Shown here in pieces: positions 60,259-64,000 of a stretch of 64,000 nt of DNA. Numbering within the stretch: position 1 is the stretch's first letter; every line of letters begins with the position of its first letter. The DNA is from Candidatus Omnitrophota bacterium (lineage in GTDB: Bacteria; Omnitrophota; Gorgyraeia; Zapsychrales; Zapsychraceae): positions 3,066 to 67,065 of the forward strand of contig JADFXQ010000005.1 in NCBI GenBank assembly GCA_015233495.1, read 5' to 3'. A program made the position numbers and the translations under genes. A model generated the notes under the pieces. The model did no database searches and was not told the DNA's origin. It worked only from the letters and a program-made list of their open reading frames with translations.

Positions 60259-60639
60259 TTAGCAGGCAATACGTTTACGCGTTTTAGAAAGGTTTTGCTT
60301 TACAGATTTGCGGGTTGGTTTGGGTGACGCGGATTCGAATTTTACGGCGATGAAAGCGAAAGCGGCGTTTTTCTTTTTTTCCACGCGGACAACACGGGCA
60401 AAACCGGTAAAAATATCCAAGACACCCGACATCACGACGTGAATCTCCAGCAAATCATCAACGCGGTATTCTCCTTCGCTGTAGAAAGACAAACCGCTGG
60501 CGCTCATATCGTGCGTGACGGAAAGCTTCCAGTTTTTATCCGGGATCGGCTGATGGCTTTCGCGCGTTCGGTATTCAATGCTAAGCACGCGTTTCGCGCG
60601 GATGAAACCGCGGCGTTCAGTTATCAAAGTTTTGACCAT
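60259..60639 (-). CDS. Stand-alone PilZ-domain protein
   Basis: ERRGFIR and DMSASG motifs, RVVRV. Confidence 0.85.
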   Translation of the reverse strand: MVKTLITERRGFIRAKRVLSIEYRTRESHQPIPDKNWKLSVTHDMSASGLSFYSEGEYRVDDLLEIHVVMSGVLDIFTGFARVVRVEKKKNAAFAFIAVKFESASPKPTRKSVKQNLSKTRKRIAC

Positions 60640-60701
60640 AAAAATATCCTAAGGTAAAGATAGTATAGAATATAAAAAAATTATTATTTCGTCAAGCAAT
60701 A

Positions 60702-61496
60702 TTAAGCGCTGAACCCGGGCATATTTTCAATAAAGGTCGAGCGGGAAAAACGCCCGAGATATTTCGACGCGCCGGCTTCCAAACAGGCGTCTTTAGCGTC
60801 TTTCAGTTGATTGACTAGATTAATATCGGAGATTTCTTCAGGGGAGAACTGAGTGTAGGTTAAAATTTTCATGGATTTCAGTTTGATAAAACATTGCATC
60901 GCCCGGATAATTTCTTTTGCCGGCAGATCATGAATCAGGATATCAACAATAAAAAATCGCGGGACAAGTTTTACGGCCAGGGTCAGGGCTTCCATGCCGT
61001 TAGGGGCGATGGTCACGTTAAAACCGGTGTGTTCGAGCAGCAGCGCCATTTCTTTGAGGGTGGCGCGGTCATTGCCGGCAATCAGCACTTTGGCGTCATA
61101 TTGGATTGAGCCTATTAAGGAAAGCAGGCGTTCCACTTTTTCGAGGATGTCTTTGCCTTCGGTAGGTTTGGCAATGAAATCATTGACGCCTAAGGCGCGG
61201 AAAGATTCTTGGATAACCACGCTGTCAGTGATCACAATAACCGGGATTTTGGCGGTGCGGGAATTTTTTTGTAATTCCCGGTAAAAATCCACGCCGTCCA
61301 TTACCGGCATATAGATATCGGTGATGATAAGATCGACCGGCGTGTTGGCAACAATTTTTAATCCTTCTTGCCCGTTATTTGCCGTGACTACGTCGTACCC
61401 GGCATTATCTAATTGCCGTTTGATCATGGTGACGGTGACCGGCGCATCGTCTACGAGCAGAATTTTTTTTGGCACAACCGCCTCCTTTATCCTCAA
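60702..61496 (-). CDS. Response regulator with two receiver domains
   Basis: ILLVDD...[10 protein letters not shown]...KP, then a degenerate second receiver (VDIL). Confidence 0.85.
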   Translation of the reverse strand: MRIKEAVVPKKILLVDDAPVTVTMIKRQLDNAGYDVVTANNGQEGLKIVANTPVDLIITDIYMPVMDGVDFYRELQKNSRTAKIPVIVITDSVVIQESFRALGVNDFIAKPTEGKDILEKVERLLSLIGSIQYDAKVLIAGNDRATLKEMALLLEHTGFNVTIAPNGMEALTLAVKLVPRFFIVDILIHDLPAKEIIRAMQCFIKLKSMKILTYTQFSPEEISDINLVNQLKDAKDACLEAGASKYLGRFSRSTFIENMPGFSA

Positions 61497-62896
61497 ACCA
61501 TGTTTTGCGGACGGATGATTTGGTCAAATTCCTCAGCCGTTATAAACCCCAGACTAACGGCTGCTTCTTTTAAAGTCAGGTTTTCCGCCGCCGCTTTTTT
61601 CACAATTTGTCCCGCGCGGTCATAGCCGATTTTTGGGTTCAAAGCTGTGGCGAGCATCAGCGAATTATGCAGATGGCGGTTTAAGACCGGCGGGTTCGCT
61701 TCTATCCCGTCGACGCAGTTAACCCGAAAACTCAAACACGCCTCGGCCAGCAGTTGAATCGACTGGAGAATATTATAAATAATGACCGGTTTATAGACAT
61801 TCAGTTCCAAATGCCCGCTGGCTCCGGCTATGCCGATGGTCACGTCATTACCCATCACTTGCGCGCAAACCATGGTCAGAGCTTCGCACTGAGTTGGGTT
61901 GACTTTTCCCGGCATAATGGAACTGCCGGGTTCATTTTCCGGCAAGAGCAATTCACCGAACCCGCAGCGCGGCCCGCTGCTTAATAAGCGGATATCATTG
62001 GCGATTTTCATCAGAGACACGGCTAGGGTTTTTAAAACGCCGCTCAACTCGACCAAACTGTCATGAGCAGCCATGGCCGCGAATTTATTTACCGCGGAAG
62101 TGAAAGGATAGCCGCTCGATTGGGCGATTTTTTCCGCGGCGATTTTCGCGAAACCTTTCGGCGCGTTTAATCCCGTTCCGACAGCGGTGCCGCCCAAAGC
62201 CAAAGGATACAACCGCGGCAACACACTTTCCAAACGGGTCAAATTTTGGGTGATTTGTTCGGCGTAAGCGGAAAATTCTTGGCCAAGCGTGATGGGCGCC
62301 GCGTCCATCAAATGGGTACGCCCGGTTTTGATTATAGATTTGAAATCCGCGGCTTTTTGTTCCAGACTGGCTTGCAAAAGCCGCAGGTTAGGGAAAAGTT
62401 TTTCCTGAATTTGAGCCACAGCCGCGACGTGCATGGCGGTGGGAAATGTATCGTTGGTGGACTGGGATTGATTCACGTCGTCATTGGGATGAATAATGAT
62501 TTGACTTCCCCGGCCCCGGGATATTTCCATCGCCCGGTTGGCAATTACTTCATTAAGGTTCATGTTGGTCTGGGTGCCGCTGCCGGTTTGCCATACGGAC
62601 AAAGGAAAATGTTCGGTCAATTTTCCGTCGATGATTTCCTGGGAGGCGCAGTTGATTAATTCGGCTTTAGCCGCCGATAAAACTCCGCACGCTTGATTGG
62701 CTAACGCGCCAGCTTGTTTTACGATCGCGTAAGAGCGGATAAAAGCGAAAGGAAAAATTTCCGAACCGATTTGAAAAAAATACCGGGAACGAGCGGTCTG
62801 CAGGCCGTAATATCGGTCCGCGGGGATGGTTATTTCTTCGAAGCTGTCATGTTCTTTGCGGTTAAGGAGGGACATGGTTTTAAAATTTTGGGTCAT
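61493..62896 (-). CDS. fumC: Fumarate hydratase class II
   Basis: [40 protein letters not shown]. Confidence 0.96.
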   Translation of the reverse strand: MTQNFKTMSLLNRKEHDSFEEITIPADRYYGLQTARSRYFFQIGSEIFPFAFIRSYAIVKQAGALANQACGVLSAAKAELINCASQEIIDGKLTEHFPLSVWQTGSGTQTNMNLNEVIANRAMEISRGRGSQIIIHPNDDVNQSQSTNDTFPTAMHVAAVAQIQEKLFPNLRLLQASLEQKAADFKSIIKTGRTHLMDAAPITLGQEFSAYAEQITQNLTRLESVLPRLYPLALGGTAVGTGLNAPKGFAKIAAEKIAQSSGYPFTSAVNKFAAMAAHDSLVELSGVLKTLAVSLMKIANDIRLLSSGPRCGFGELLLPENEPGSSIMPGKVNPTQCEALTMVCAQVMGNDVTIGIAGASGHLELNVYKPVIIYNILQSIQLLAEACLSFRVNCVDGIEANPPVLNRHLHNSLMLATALNPKIGYDRAGQIVKKAAAENLTLKEAAVSLGFITAEEFDQIIRPQNMV

Positions 62897-64000
62897 TTGA
62901 CATTAAAAAATGGGTAAGCAACCGTACCCCGGCGCCGGTGGCGCCATAATTGAAATACAGCCTCTCCCCTGTCTCGACAAACGCGGTGCCGGCAATATCC
63001 AAATGCGCCCAGCGGATGTCTGCGCCGACAAATTGGCGCAAAAATTCCGCCGCCGTAATGGCGCCAGCCGCGCCTTTCGGGAAACCGGTATTTTTAATAT
63101 CCGCGATTTTGGATTTAACCGCTTCTTTCAACTCCGGATAATGCGGTAAACGCCACACCCGGTCATCGGTCTTATCCGCAATTTTTTGCAATGCTTCCGC
63201 GAGCGCAGAGTCAGTCGCAACCAAGCCGCTGTAATCATCGCCTAAAGCCACCCGGCAAGCGCCGGTCAAGGTGGCGATGTCAATGATGGTTTGGGGCTGA
63301 TAATTTTTGGAAATATACGCTAAGGCGTCGGCTAAAACCAGCCGGCCTTCCGCGTCGGTATTCGCCACTTCCACGGTTTTTCCCGAATAGCCGCGGATCA
63401 CGTCGCCGGGTTTATAGGCGCCGGAACCGATCGCGTTTTCCGCCATCCCGCAGACGAATAAAATATTCTTTTTTAAACGCAAGGCGAGCGTGTTTTTTAA
63501 TGCGCCCAGCACTGCGGCCGCGCCGCTCATATCTTCCCGCATGGTTTCCATACTTCCGGTGGGTTTAAGATTTAAACCGCCACTGTCAAAAGTCAGGCCT
63601 TTGCCGACTAAAGCGGTAAATTTTTCTTTTGCGTCCGCCCCTTGATAACGGACGATGATCAGTTTGGGCTCTTTGCGGCTTCCCTGGTTCACGGCTAAAT
63701 GCAGGTTGAGGCCTTGAGCGATCAACTCTTTGCGGCCGAGGATTTCTAAAGAAATATTTTTTTGGGTTTTGGTCACAGCGCGGATGGTCTTTTCAAAAAA
63801 ATCCGCGGTAATAGTGTCCGCGTTGTCATTGATCAGGTCGCGGCTGAAATTAACGTTTTCGCAGATCGTGACCGCAGTGGATAAATCCGGGTGAGCAGCA
63901 GCAGCGAAAATAAAATTTTTGTCATAAACAGTTTTATCTGCTTTGCCGCGGGTCAGGTATTTGCGCCAAGTATATCCGCCGATCAGCGCCCCTTCGAGGT
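62880..64000 (-). CDS. pepA: Leucyl aminopeptidase (M17), 5' end beyond the window
   Basis: [38 protein letters not shown]; frame stays open to 64000. Confidence 0.94.
   Translation of the reverse strand, partial: LEGALIGGYTWRKYLTRGKADKTVYDKNFIFAAAAHPDLSTAVTICENVNFSRDLINDNADTITADFFEKTIRAVTKTQKNISLEILGRKELIAQGLNLHLAVNQGSRKEPKLIIVRYQGADAKEKFTALVGKGLTFDSGGLNLKPTGSMETMREDMSGAAAVLGALKNTLALRLKKNILFVCGMAENAIGSGAYKPGDVIRGYSGKTVEVANTDAEGRLVLADALAYISKNYQPQTIIDIATLTGACRVALGDDYSGLVATDSALAEALQKIADKTDDRVWRLPHYPELKEAVKSKIADIKNTGFPKGAAGAITAAEFLRQFVGADIRWAHLDIAGTAFVETGERLYFNYGATGAGVRLLTHFLMSNDPKF

Overview
Gene-dense, mostly minus-strand bacterial chromosomal window of moderate GC. The gene content (NfnAB, menaquinone genes, PilZ proteins, TMTC-like protein, a secreted protein family I recognise from Omnitrophota) suggests an anaerobic PVC-group bacterium, probably Candidatus Omnitrophota; this is inference, not a database result. 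Core genes: galE and a second epimerase, rpoN, rlmD-like, pgl, split transketolase, ilvBN, menA/menG, radC, trxB, bioB, thiC, aroC, leuCD, acnA, xth, amrS, nfnAB, fumC, pepA. Accessory or unusual parts: (i) a phospholipid-remodelling cluster (16.2-25.2 kb) with two candidate MarR operators and GTAG-type REP-like palindromes, one inserted in frame (135 bp, 45 codons) in the Aas gene; (ii) tRNA-Lys(CTT) with a stop-interrupted tyrosine integrase on its 5' side and a DUF4160/DUF2442 pair on its 3' side; (iii) a frameshifted, apparently internally deleted secreted protein with conserved N- and C-terminal 'bookends' (38.1-40.1 kb); (iv) a HemL-like aminotransferase whose PLP lysine is Arg, a cNMP-MinD-like-patatin fusion and a PilZ-PilT fusion; (v) three toxin-antitoxin-like pairs and two orphan multi-stem palindromes. 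No CRISPR array or rRNA seen.
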